NCBI RefSeq assembly: GCF_006345805.1
Contig: NC_043014.1
Span: forward strand, 15,252,001-15,316,000
Reading direction: 5' to 3'
DNA from: Octopus sinensis
Lineage: Eukaryota
DNA: 64,000 bases
The translations under genes were made by a program, and so were the position numbers. Under the pieces are notes generated by a model. The model made no database searches. It worked only from the letters and a program-made list of their open reading frames with translations, and was not told where the DNA came from. Positions 49,520-62,140 of the stretch are shown one piece after another; position 1 is the first letter of the stretch, and each line of letters begins with the position of its first letter.

Positions 49520-50260
49520 TTGTATTCTTGTACAAATTCCTAGGAGGGTTGTGGGAGACAGAATCCTCTGGCGATCTGGTCGAATCGTTAGCACGCCGGG
49601 CGAAATGTTTAGCGGTATTTCGTCTGCCGTCACGTTCTGAGTTCAAATTTCGCTGAGGTCGACTTTGCCTTTCATCCTTTCGAGATCGATAAATTAAGTA
49701 CCAGTTACGCACTGGGAACGATGTAGTCGACTTAATCCGTTTGTCTGTCCTTGTTTGTCCCCTCTATGTTTAGCCTCTTGTGGGCAATAAAGAAATAAGA
49801 ATCCTCTGACACCTCCACCATAGAGTCCCATCAGAAGCAACCGTCATTACGCTTTCCGCTAAGATTTCCAAGTGCGGCCAGCTGAAACTATAGACATTAG
49901 CCAACCACCTAGCTCGTGGTCTACCCTTAGGTTTCCTACCGGGTTGGCTCGGCTTGAATAATACATCTTGCGATCCTTTCCTGAGACATCCCAATCGTGT
50001 GTCCGTAGGACCGGAGTTGTGACTTCTCAAAGCAGAGAAGTTGCAGCTCGAGCTAAAAAAAAAAAAACGTTGGGACCCCTCGATGCGATGTTGCAGCTCG
50101 AACTAAAAAGACTCCTCGTTCTCCGAGCCATGCACCCTGTCGAGAAACGTTACACCAAAGTGACCGCTTTGTGAAATCGTCCAGGCAACGATTTGATTCA
50201 GGCCTTATTTCTAAACCGAATAGATCCAGTGACCTTGTTTGCAAGAGAAACACATCAAGG
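49520..50260 (-). pseudogene. RTE-clade (Expander/Rex3-like) LINE 3' coding relic, interrupted by SINE B
   Basis: GVTFLDRVHGSE..RIE..; PGRKPKGRPRARWLANVYSFSWPHLEILAESVMTVASDGTLWWR..RILSP. Confidence 0.8.
49571..49797 (+). mobile_element. SINE family B with TSD
   Basis: agaatcctctg repeated at 49560-49570 and 49798-49808. Confidence 0.9.
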
Positions 50261-50324
50261 GCTCGCTCTCATTTAATGCAGTTGGAGTTTTAAACTAAAA
50301 GACGACGGCAGGGATCATCTCATT

Positions 50325-50594
50325 GGTACCATTCCGTTTTTAACGCCATTGCTTCGTAAAATGGTTTCACGTGGAAAGTTACTCAATATTTGCGGTTAAT
50401 TACACTGGAGCGGCACTTTATCAGAATTGCATTTACGTGTGTGCTCTTACATTGTACATAGCACTATGTAGGAATACATCTCTTGATCCCAAGCAGATAA
50501 AGTGCCACTCCAATGTAATCAACCGCAAATATTGTGTAACTTTTCACGTGAAATCTTTTACGAAGCAAATGGCGTAAAAAAGAGGAGCAGTACC
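50325..50594. mobile_element. MITE with ~98-bp TIRs beginning GGTAC
   Basis: Arms 50325-50422 and 50496-50594, ~85% identity by eye; no intact TSD. Confidence 0.75.
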
Positions 50595-50974
50595 AAAACA
50601 CTTGTAAGTAGCAATAGAAATGCGCTAAACGCATTCTTCCTCCTCCTTCCCATTAAGATTATACATTACTCTTCATAAGACCCACACATTAATGTCATAT
50701 TAAAACGGCTCGATTTAGTTACAATCTAATAGAGCAGCGTTTCTCATAAGATGCGAGCTTGTCCCACACTATAACGAAGACAGAAGAAATATATAAATAT
50801 GCAAACACTATTTTTGTCTTATCTTTAATACAGAGAGGAGGGTAAAAAAAATTCTGTAATATTTGTGGGGTGGGGAGGTGGGTGAGGTGCTGGTATTTGA
50901 GAACTCCTGCAGTACAGAAGCATAACGTTACGTTATACCACTAACACCATCAATGACTACTACTAACGAGTTGG

Positions 50975-51410
50975 TAACATTATCTAGCTAGTATTATTAC
51001 ACACGCAGGGTCTATCTATCACACGCGCACATAATTTCTATCTTTCCCACGTGCACATATTACCGGGCCATACACACCCATGCACATTATCTAGCGCTCA
51101 AATACACACATTATCATATCCACGCTCGCACAAACACACACATTAACATAAACACACACATTATCTAGCTATCACAGACATATAAACATTATTTAGCCAT
51201 CATAGACACACACACACATTATCTAGCTGTCATACACATATAAACATTATTTAGCGATCATGTAAACACATACACACACGTCATTATCATCTAACTATCA
51301 TACACACATACATTATCTATCATACATAGAAACATTATCTAGCGATCATACACACATACACATAACTTAGAGATCAAGCGCGCGCGCACACACACGTACA
51401 TCATCTAGCA
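50975..51410. repeat. Degenerate minisatellite with core CATTATCTAG and (AC)n spacers
   Basis: Core or variants recur about a dozen times at roughly 25-35 bp spacing. Confidence 0.7.
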
Positions 51411-51478
51411 TGCAAATGGCTAAATAGTAAGTGGTTAGGAGCGTCGAACAAAATGCTTTTGCAGCATTTATGCAGTAT

Positions 51479-51688
51479 TACTCTTTACTCTTTTACTTGT
51501 TTCAGTCATTTGACTGCGGCTATGCTGGAGCACCGCCTTTAATCGAGCAACTCGACCCCAGGACTTATTCTTTTGTAAGCCCAGTACTTATTCTATCGGT
51601 CTCTTTTGCCGAACCGCTAAGTAACGGGGACATAAACACACCAGCATCGGTTGTCAAGCAATGCTAGGGGGACAAACACAGACACACA

Positions 51689-51732
<44 letters not shown>

Positions 51733-51894
51733 CGATAGGCTTCTTTCAGTTTCCGTCTACCAAATCCACTCACAAGGCTTTGGTCGGCCCGAGGCTATAG
51801 TAGAAGACACTTGCCCAAGGTGCCACGCATTGGGACTGAACCCGGAACCATGTGGTTGGTAAACAAGCTACTTATCACACAGCCACTCCTGCGC
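51479..51894 (-). mobile_element. SINE family A, full-length, young
   Basis: Near-consensus. Confidence 0.95.
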
Positions 51895-52435
51895 CTTACG
51901 TTATTCTGGCTCCTTACGTTATGGTTTCAAATTCCATCGAGATTCTCTTTGCTTTTTATCTTTCTGGGGTCCATAAATGAAGTATCAATCTATGAGTGAT
52001 AGACTAAAACGAAAGATCGTCCACTAGATTAAGCACGGGTAATCTTTTTCGAGAAACGGGCCGCAAGAGGCATGGATCATCATTAGACGGGCCGCACAAC
52101 TATAAGCATTCAAGGTAATTTTTCGATAGACGTGTCATTAAGAAAAGAACCACGGGTCGCACTTGGCCCATGAATGAACTCGGAATGGTCAGAACGTAGC
52201 ACCGGATACCTTGATGTCTTACACAAGAAAAGGACACATTGGATAATGTAGTCCTAGCACTACGTAGTCGAAAAAAAGAATGGGAGTGATCATGACTAGA
52301 ATGACCTTTGGTCATAGATAGGTGAGTTCAATGCGTCAATTAGAGTTGACCTGGAGTGAAACAACAACAGAGACAAACGTTGTTGTTTTGACCTTACAAC
52401 CAACCATTGATCTTCTTCAATTATTACGCATAGAG

Positions 52436-52479
<44 letters not shown>

Positions 52480-53069
52480 AATCTAACACTATTGATAATA
52501 TTGCGACCAATAATATTTACGTCAGGTGACAGCGAGGAGTGACAACCATACACACGCGCGCGCTAACAAATACGCATATATATACACACGCACACACAAA
52601 TTACCTATTTGCTATAACGTAGCACACTATCTATCCATCGTACAAACACACATTACATAGCTAACACAAATACACATTTATCTGTCATATTTATATGCAC
52701 ATTATCTAATCTTTCTCTGTCATCTCATCTTAATTTCTCCTCTAAACAGGATCCAATGCTCACACATACACGTTCACACACGCGATCTAAGAAATGTGCT
52801 TCTACGTCAATCATGGACGCAAATGGCGACTCGAACGATTTTAGTGATGCGGTTCGCTTCATGAAAAAAGGTTAACCAAGCTTGGTCTACGGCGGTTACT
52901 CGACCTGCTCGGAATGGCAGCTAAATCTCCTTCGGATTACACCCTACTGTCTTATAAACAACTACAACAACAACAACAAAAAAGGAGGAAGGACAAAGTA
53001 GCAGTCGCAGATATACTGTGTTTTCACAGAGCAGAGAGTCGCGGCTGGGACGCCTTTGAAAATATGTCT

Positions 53070-53520
53070 GCTCACTCAATCACAGCTGACGTAGGATAAA
53101 GCAATAACGTACACAAACACACGCGCCCACATACGCACGAACACACAAGAAAGAGGGAGAAACGGAAAGGAAGGGAGACAATTACACATTTTCCAGTTTG
53201 ACCACCATCGCCACCGCGTTCAATCCAACCAACATTGTAAATAACTCCATCGTGATCAATAGTCTTCTCTCTCTCTCTCGCTCTTCCGATTAACAAACAT
53301 ACTATTATAGTAAGCCTCTGACGCTGACGCAAACATCCATATTACACACCTGTCGTCTGTATGGATTGAAAATCCGACAAAGCTCTTCAAATAATCTTTA
53401 CATAATCAACACGGTTTGTTGTTATTCAGGCTAAAAGTATAGGTATTTTGTAAATAACTCCCGTGTTCGTCTACCTTCATAGGCCGCCATGTTGTTAAAT
53501 AAAGATATTTGTGTTTGGTG
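53070..53520 (-). promoter_or_regulatory. Candidate promoter / first exon (YY1-type AACATGGCGGC, CRE-like TGACG sites)
   Basis: gccgccatgtt at 53483-53493; TGACGT at 53087; TGACG at 53319 and 53325; CpG-rich non-repeat DNA; possible ATG GCG GCC TAT GAA G|gtagac. Confidence 0.35.
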
Positions 53521-53830
53521 ACGAGGTCAACATTTAGAACGTTTCAGAGAAAAATTGCCTTACATTTAGGGCCGCGGGGGAAATCAGTGTAGTTGGCCCT
53601 TATAGTATTTACTTATTAACAGCAAGCCATCACATACATAGATCAGATCTGGGCCCCTAGATTCGTGAGGCCCTTGGGCAAATATCCTCTATGCCTGGTG
53701 TTGTTCAAAGTCTTTGTTTAGTTTCTCTCCCCCACCTCTCTTTCTCTGAGCGCGCTGAGTTCAGATCCTACCGACTGCCGAAGTCAACTTTACCTTTAAT
53801 CTTTTCGGGGTCCTGAAATAAAGTACTGAA

Positions 53831-53980
53831 GGCGAGTGGCCTAGTTATCAGGATGCTGAACTCGCGAACTTATGATCGCGGTTTCGATTCTCGGACCAGA
53901 GAATGCGTTGTGTTCTTCAGCAAAAGACTTCATTTCATATTGCTCGAGTTCAATCAACTGCAAATGAGCTCCAACAATAG
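53831..53980 (+). mobile_element. SINE family D, 5' part
   Basis: ggcgagtggcctagtt...ggtttcgattc...cagcaaaagacttcatttcatattgctc. Confidence 0.6.
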
Positions 53981-54376
53981 CTGGTAAATTAACTCATCTT
54001 ATCAGTACTAGGGCTCATGACAAACCTTAAGCCAAGAAAAAATACAATCTACAACTGGGATCAATTCTCTCTCTCTCTCTCTTAAAGAAGTTAGTTGAGT
54101 TCAGACTTGGAGAGATATGGATTTCATCGAGAGTTAAACCATTTGGAATTGACAATATTATGGGTGTCCATGGGACGAGCCAGTAGAATCGGCTTATACC
54201 ACCCCACCCAGCAAAACTGCTGGCTTTACAAATGAGTCGCATTTGTAAAAGTTACAAACGCGACTCGAGGACTCAGAGTTTCGTACACGGCACTTAACGA
54301 AAACATCAGTGCATCAATCACTTCTGTAACTTTCTAATAATTAAACATAAAACAAAATTGTGTGTGTGTGTGTGTA

Positions 54377-54576
54377 CACGAGGGAGTTCTGAAAAGTTCT
54401 TGGCATCGGGTAAAAGAAAATACAGGAGGATCAGTTAACTATGATTTTATTCAACATGTTACCTTCTCAGATTCACACACTTATTGCAGCGGTCCTTCAG
54501 TTTACCCAAGCCCTGTAAACGAACTCGGAAGGTTGGACCTCCAACCAGGCCTTTTGCGATACCCTTAAAGCTCGTG
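54377..54576. mobile_element. mariner-type MITE, right TIR mostly deleted
   Basis: TA|cacgagggagttctgaaaagttc...; same family as 63935-64000, whose gaacttttcagc matches the left TIR. Confidence 0.6.
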
Positions 54577-55319
54577 TGTGTGTGTAATCATAAAAAGAGA
54601 TAATATAGGAAAAACAATGGTTATGCTATGAACTTCATTAGCTTACAACTGTTTCTGCTCCATAAGATGAAGCGGACTCGCAGTTGAGTGTCTGAATACC
54701 ACACCATAGCTTCATCGGAGCATCTAATATGAAGTGTAATTTACTTGGGGGAAAAAAAATGCATTTGTGCAATATACATGGAAGGCATTACCAGAGAGGA
54801 AGTCATTACTGGTGTATTTAAAAAAGTGTATGTCCCAAAGACAACTAGATTTACTAGTAGAGTATGTATGTATGTATGTATGTGCGTGTGTGTATGTATG
54901 TATGTATGTATGTATTTATGTATGCATGTATGTATTCGTGCACAAAAACAATATTTTGCAGTTTTCTCATTTGTTTCCGCATGTCAAGTCCGGATTTCGT
55001 TTCTTTTTATTGTTTTTTTTTTAGTACGATAATTAAATGAATAAAATAAATAAATAAGTAAATAAATAAACGAAAGCAATATGTTAATAGTTTAAGTTGC
55101 ACCATTTTATCTATGCATTTATTTATTTATTTATTTATTTTATCTAAATGCGTGCTAGGCCATCCATCTCGTTTGATACGGTCAGCAAACAGCTGAGATT
55201 GGAAGCTAACTAAAGCAAGATTAACTATTAGCTTTTTAATAAATAAATAAATACAGAAACAATAGCAACATCAACAAGAGCGAAAATACGTAAAAGAAAA
55301 ATCCTCATCACCCTTCCCC

Positions 55320-55690
55320 TTAACTTCCGGCTCCTGTGTTGATTGTAGGTTTGCCGTTCAATTCAGAGTTTGTATCTGGAGAATGCAACAGTAGTAGTGA
55401 AAAGAAGAAGAAAAAAAAAAAAAGAAAAAAAGGCCAAGCGAACAAAATCATTCATTTAAGAGCCACTCTATACTCCTATTTCCTCTGCACTTCTGTGCAA
55501 CGAGAAATTTCCTCGGCTTTCAGACTGATTCTCACGCAACCGGAAATGTCTTGTTTGGTGACGTTAGGCGGATGGGGAGATAAATCACGTCGCGAACAGA
55601 ACGCTACGCTAGTCTGCCGCATTCAACTTTACTAACCACGAGACTTTTGTTTCTGCCCGCCTTCACAAGACAGCCGCTACCGCGAGCGTA
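55320..55690. promoter_or_regulatory. Candidate promoter-like CpG-rich segment (ETS and CRE-like motifs)
   Basis: ACTTCCGG at 55323, ACCGGAAAT at 55539, TGACGT at 55559, TCACGTCGCGA at 55585. Confidence 0.3.
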
Positions 55691-56114
55691 CAAAAATATG
55701 CAGGACAGAATTTCTTTTCACGTTGCTCCAAGTTCACTCAACTGACAAAAATGAGTCCTTCTGATCAGGGGTGGCTCGCTCGCCTAACCAGCGACGTGGG
55801 CATCATTCGAAAGCTAACACGACGCAAAGCACATTGTGATCAGCGATGTATAACAACATCCGATAGTATGGACGATATATATGTAAAGTTAAAATCCAAG
55901 GATCAAGGTGTAGAAAGTTCATGAGCTTCAAGAAATCCGTTGAAGATAAAGAAAAGAATTTCAGGAACAATAATAGTTTATTGGCACAGAAAGATGTGAA
56001 TTTTTGCCGTATTGCAGTATGATAGGCTGAAAAAAGTTTTATAGTTCACAGTTAGCAACAGGGGTTACATGCGAATAAATATTAAAAAAAATTATTGAAC
56101 GAAGTAGATAAAAT

Positions 56115-56207
56115 CCAGGCTACATATGTTTCATAGCTGGCGAAACCTCGGAAGTAGTAAATTATCCAAACGAGGGGTAGACTGCAAGATACTCATCAGG
56201 CAAATGG
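56115..56207 (-). ncRNA. Type I hammerhead motif with long stem II
   Basis: ccatttgc-CTGATGA-gtatc...cctcg..cgagg..gctat-GAAAC-ATAT-GT-A-gcctgg; core intact, stems imperfect. Confidence 0.65.
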
Positions 56208-56519
56208 TACTTTGATTATACTCGTTAACTCGTTGGGATTCGATATCTAAATAAATAAATATATATATATATATGCAAAATTTAGGTTAGTTAAAATATG
56301 TTTGTGACATATTTCAACTGCTGAAAGGCAAATTCACTGCAGTTACCGCGGAGAAAATATCTCTCTTATGGTAAAAAGGTGTGAAAACACCCGGTTTGTT
56401 CAGTGACGCCATCTATCAGAAATCCCAGACATTGTTGTTTCGAGTTTTTTTTAAATCTTGTCAATGGGATGTACCTAAGAGAGGCAACTCTGAAAATACT
56501 CATAGAGCAATAGCCATGC

Positions 56520-56585
<66 letters not shown>

Positions 56586-56687
56586 TATATATATATATGA
56601 TGACTGAGAGCTGTGTTTTTTTTTTTTTTTTGTCGTCTTCAAATGTTTCACGTTCTTGTCCCAGTTTGTGTTTTTTTAACGTTTACC

Positions 56688-56718
<31 letters not shown>

Positions 56719-57196
56719 GATGGGCTTTCAGTTTCCGTCTACCAAATTTATTCACAAGGCATTAGGCGGGCTGAACCCTAAACCAAGTGGCTGCTGCAAA
56801 GCGAGCTTCTTCTTAACTGCAAAGCTATGACTGCGCCTTCACAGCCACGAATTTGAAGCTCTGCGACAATGTTGAACAAACAATTCAACGATAGCATATT
56901 GCTAGCATGTGAATGAAACCTGTCCATGAGATATTTATTCTTATCATCGCTGAGAATCCGGTGAAACCCAATGAATGTAGACAAATAATGGTTTAAGTTG
57001 AATATATTCAAAACAGATTTTATGTGAAAATAAATGCGTCTCTTCCAAAATCACGTTTCGTTTATTCACATATTATTCCTTCCAACACAGACGAAATATG
57101 TCAAATAAAGACGGGTTTTGTGTGATATGTGTGAGTTTATTCATAAATATTGTTCATATGCATACAGATGCACACGCATCTTTATTTGCATATAGG

Positions 57197-57305
<109 letters not shown>

Positions 57306-57319
57306 TATATATAATATAT

Positions 57320-57627
57320 GGAGGCGCAATGGCCCAGTGGTTAGAGCAGAGGACTTGCGGTCGGAGGATCGCGGTTTCGATTCCCAGACCGGGCGTGGTG
57401 TGTGTTTATTGAGCGAAAACACATAAAAGCTCCACGAAGCTCAGGCAGGGGTTGGTGGTGACCCCTGTACTCTTTCGCCACAACTTTCTCTCACTCTCTC
57501 TTCCTGTTTCTTGAGTAACGCTGCGATGGACTGGCGTCCCGTTCAGCTGGGGGACACATACGCCACAGAAACCGGGAAACAGGGCCCATGAGCCTGGCTA
57601 GGCTTGAAAAGGGCGACGTTTATCGTT

Positions 57628-57628
<1 letters not shown>
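57320..57628 (+). mobile_element. tRNA-derived SINE family E (central tgcgatggactggcgtcccg, V-SINE-like from recall)
   Basis: A-box tggcccagtgg, B-box ggtttcgattcc. Confidence 0.75.
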
Positions 57629-57675
<47 letters not shown>

Positions 57676-57691
57676 GATACAATCATCTGAA

Positions 57692-58727
57692 ATGGAGCAG
57701 TCAAAGCGCGATATTCGAGTAATTTCAACTTTAAAAAAAAAAAGGACGCAAAGCAGCTGAAACTGTACGTGATATCAACGGAACGTTTGGTGAGGAAATG
57801 GCCAGTGAGTGGTCAGCTCGAAAATGGTTTAAACGATTTCGCAGTGGAAACCTGAGCGTTGAAGATCGTGAGTGTAGTGGACGCCCATCTGTCATCGATG
57901 ACGGTGAATTAAAGACCATCATTGAGAAAGATCCACATAAAACGACTCGAGAACTGGCAAAAGAACTTCAAGCTAGCCAAAAAACTGCGATCGGAAAATC
58001 AAAAATGCTCGACAAATGGGTACCATACGATCTGAATGAAAATCAGAAAATGCGGAGATATGAAATTTCTTCGTCGCTTCTCCGTAAACAGATCGATCCA
58101 TTACTCGACTGTATTGTAACTTGCGATGAAAAGTGGATTCTGTACGATAATGAAAACACGTTCTTCGCAGTGGTTGGACCAAAATGAAGCTCTAAAAACC
58201 TTCCCTAAACTCGAGTTCTTCAAAAAGAAGGTTATGGTGACTGTTTGGTGGTGTACTGCTGCACTCATTCACTATAACATCTTGAAACATATTGCCATGA
58301 AATTGCCGAAATGAACGAAAAACTGCTACTTCTACGTCCCAGACTGGTCAACAGAAGAGGGCTAATCATTCTTCATGACAATGCTTGACCGCACGTTTCA
58401 CTAATGACACTCCAGAAGTTCTTCCCCACCCAGCTTATTTCCTACAATTTTCTCCTATCGACTACTACTTTTTCAAGCATCTTGATGGTTTCCTGTGAGA
58501 GAAGGAGTTCAAAAAAATCAAACCGATGCCGTAAGTGCATTCAAAGACTTCATCAGCTCCAGAACTCCAGATTTTTATGTTACCGGAATAAACAAACTTG
58601 TAACTCATTGGCAAAAATGTGTTGATTGTAATGGTACTTACTTTGATGAATAAAATTTCCGCATTGTTGAAATATATTGTGATGAATTTCATGTTTCAAA
58701 ACGTTGTTACTTTTTATCGTACCTCGA
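57692..58727 (+). pseudogene. mariner transposase pseudogene (D,D34D type) with right TIR
   Basis: HTH RKWFKRFRSG..SGRP, WVPYDL, TCDEKW, LHDNA, SPIDYYFF, HWQKCVDCNGTYFDE*; several frameshifts (first in A11 run at 57733); terminus ttactttttatcgtacctcga|TA; left TIR missing. Confidence 0.92.
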
Positions 58728-58888
58728 TACCCAAAAAAAATCCACAAACTTCCGCTTCAATAAACTAATATTGTTCCTAAAAGTTGTTTTTATATTTACT
58801 ACGGATTGCCTGAAGTTAACTTTCTTCCTACACTTGCGATCGTTGGATCTTTTATATATATAATATATATAATTGTTCATGTTTGGAT

Positions 58889-58930
<42 letters not shown>

Positions 58931-59424
58931 TCAACTACGGTAGTAGTTGAATAATATTCTTAAGGCCGCAATTTACTCACACGCAGCATCTTTCAGAGAT
59001 TGTCGCTAATTCAATTCTTAACTAAGTGGAACACTGTTAACGTTTTTGAAGAGGGCTGGTCCCTAGCTACATTTTGGCATTAAAACATTGAGATTTAATC
59101 CAGTAGAAAAAGTTTACATCAAAATTTGTAGCAATGTTACAGGAGAGTAAGTAATGCTTCCAGTCAAGTTTAGATCTAAATAACTTTTTTTTAATTTTAA
59201 AAGCAAAATATATTTATCTTAGCTTCAATGATAGAAGAAAGCATGAAGCATTTCATAGTTTTGGTCTCACGCAACAAAAGTTTGTATCAAAAAAGTTGTG
59301 AGGTAAAATACCACGAAAAAATATAAAGCAAAAAATTGGGTAAATTTCTGTATTAACACCCGCACGATTTTTACTAAGAAAAAGAAGAAAAAAACTAGGA
59401 TTCTTTGCGTGGAATCAAGTACCC

Positions 59425-59577
59425 TGACCTCCTAATATGCTGCAGATCCCTTATTTTGGTTCGCAAGGGGGGGGGGGATCAATGGGGCGGGGTGGGGGTG
59501 AAATTTCCGAAGCTTCCACCTCACCCAACTCTGTTTTCCGGACTCCAAAAAGGGTTTTGTAGCATATTAGGAGGTCA
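59425..59577. repeat. Small inverted-repeat element
   Basis: Perfect 17-bp tgacctcctaatatgct / agcatattaggaggtca, imperfect further in. Confidence 0.6.
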
Positions 59578-60108
59578 CAGGAATTCATTCAACGAAAAAG
59601 AAAAAAAAAAATTCCAATGATTCCGGGATTAACAGGAACCTTCGTCGTCGTAACCGACCGAGTGCCACGGTTGGTTAGGCTTGTTACTATATACGTCGTC
59701 ATAGTACGATTTCTTCTGCAGTTCATAAAAAGTTGTTTTTTTTATCTTGAAAATATTCTTTGTGTTAGAATTAGTTTCTTAATTAATTCAAATTAATTAA
59801 GAATATATTTTTAAGATGAATTATCTCATTATATTTTTTGCGCGTTTCCATCTAATAATTATATATTAACACAAAACAAGCATTCAATTTTATTATAATA
59901 AATATCGCTGGCATGCTTTATTTTTAATGTTACTCATTATTGGTGGGGTAGAATTGAATCCGGGGATTGGGATTAATAAAAAAGGATAATAGAGATGGGG
60001 TAATCAATTGGATGAAGAACAGAAAACCTGATAAAGTTCAAACTAAATATAGAAGAAAGAATTGAAACTTTCTTAATTAGCATAATGGCATAGCCTGGAA
60101 AAACATGG

Positions 60109-60976
60109 ATTACATGGAAAAATGCGAGCAAGAGAAATATTCTTAAAACTTATGAACTTTGAAAAGTACAGGACAAGTTGGAAAAGTTCAAGACAACATT
60201 TTATATCTGGTAGAATACAGAAAAAGAAATTTTTTACTTAAAATATTGCAGCTAAGGATAAAACTTGAATATTAAGAATCATTTGTCTTCAATTAACAAA
60301 GTAATATTATAATTAAAAAAAGGTACATCATTTTGGAAAAAATATTGACACACTAGAATACTTAAAAAATGAGACCCAGAAGTACCAATATAGCTAAAGT
60401 TTTATACAAAATAGAAAAGTATATATGGTAGGCAAATTCATTATGTAAAAAATAGGCATTGGGTCACGACTAAAAATGTGAAGACTTGGCAATAACTCAG
60501 GCAATAACTCAAGCAAATTTTACTGTGAATTTGTTGTTATAGGTAGATTTTACTGTAATATATAACTAATTTTTGTATTATTCTTTTTATTGTATTAACT
60601 AATTATGTACTACTATTATTTTTTATAATCTATTTTCAACTTTCTAATTATTCATTAATAATTAAAAAAATGAATTTTTTGAAAGTGCAAAACGTATTTT
60701 AATTTAGTTATTTATTATCTTTAATAGAAGTAACAAGTAATAACAAATAGAAATAATATCTTGTAATAAAATCTTTAGTTTTAATAAAAGCTAATATTTT
60801 CTATATCTAAATAATTTTATTTGAAATTTTATCCTTAGCTGCAATATTTTAAGTAAAAATTTTCACCCGATGTAATAAGTTGTCCTGAACTTTTCCAAGT
60901 GAAATAACTTGTTCTGTATTTTCCAGGTTTATAAAATTAAGACGATTATTTCTCTTGCTCGTATTTTCCATGTAAT
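60109..60976. repeat. AT-rich fold-back element with ~150-bp imperfect inverted arms
   Basis: 60109-60263 vs 60827-60976 (attacatggaaaa..cgagcaagagaaata; tttttacttaaaatattgcagctaaggataaaa). Confidence 0.65.
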
Positions 60977-60991
60977 ATATATATATATATA

Positions 60992-61368
60992 TTCTTTTAC
61001 TTGTTTCAGTCATTTGACTGCGGCCATGCTGGAGCCCCGCCTTAAAGAGTGTTAGTCGAAGAAATCGCCCTAGGACATATTCTTTGTAAGCCTAGTACTT
61101 GTTCTGTTGCGCTCTTTTGCCGAACCGTTAAGTTTCGGGGACATAAACACACCAGTATCGGTTGTTAAGCGATGGCGGGGAGGGGGGGAAACATGCACAC
61201 ACAAATGTATACATATATATGTATACGACGGGCTTCTTCCAATTTCCGTCTACCAAATCCACTCACAAGACTTTGGTAGGCCGGAAGCTATAGTAGAAGA
61301 CACTTGCCCAAGGTACCACGCAGTGGGAATGAACCCGGAACCATGTGATTGGGAGGCAAGCTTCTTAC
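60992..61368 (-). mobile_element. SINE family A
   Basis: Collinear with consensus. Confidence 0.9.
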
Positions 61369-61541
61369 CCCCCCCCCCCAAACGTGCAATCTGCAGGTAG
61401 CGGGATTCTGTGAATGATGAAACACCTGACCAAAAAATGACCATCAAATTTTTGTAGTGTGGCCAGGCCTAATGATGATTCATGCCTCATGCACCCTGCT
61501 TTTCGACAAAGATTACCGTACTTGATACATACATACATGTG

Positions 61542-61613
<72 letters not shown>

Positions 61614-61619
61614 CATGTT

Positions 61620-61657
61620 TCTTTCTGTGGAAGAGTGTAGGCTCGAAACGTTAAAGA
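61620..61657 (+). ncRNA. Minimal hammerhead motif with A6 replaced by U
   Basis: tcttt-CTGTGGA-A-GAGT-gtag-GCTC-GAAAC-GT-T-aaaga; 5-bp stem I, palindromic ACGT. Confidence 0.55.
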
Positions 61658-61859
61658 CTTTTTTTCACTCCCGAGCGTTATACTAATACATCTGTTTGTT
61701 GTCTACACCACCTGTCTTCGTCTTTTGTTGTTTTTTTTTGTGAATTCTCCCTATATATATATATAAGATGGCGATTCTGAGAATTGCGTGGCTATCACAG
61801 AAAATTCCTCTTAGGGACTTGGCTAACAGCACATAGTAATCCAGCAAACACACATGTAT

Positions 61860-62140
61860 AGGCACCGGTGTGGCTGAATGGTAAGCAGTTTGCTTTCTGA
61901 CGACATGGTTCTGTGTTCTGTCCCACTATGTGCTACCTTGGGTAAACGTCATCTACTATAGCCCTGGGCCGACCTCAGCTTTGTAAGTTTTTTTGGCAGA
62001 CGGAAACTGAAAGAAGCCCGCTCTGTATATGTGTGTGTGTGTGTCCCTCACCACTGCTTGACAACTGGTGTTGGTTTGTTTATACCATTCAGCAAAAGAG
62101 CCGAATAGAATAAACACCAGGCTTTGCTTTGACTAAAAAC
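61860..62140 (+). mobile_element. SINE family A, diverged and deleted
   Basis: ggtgtggctgaatggtaag...ctgaaagaagccc...gcttgacaac. Confidence 0.75.
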
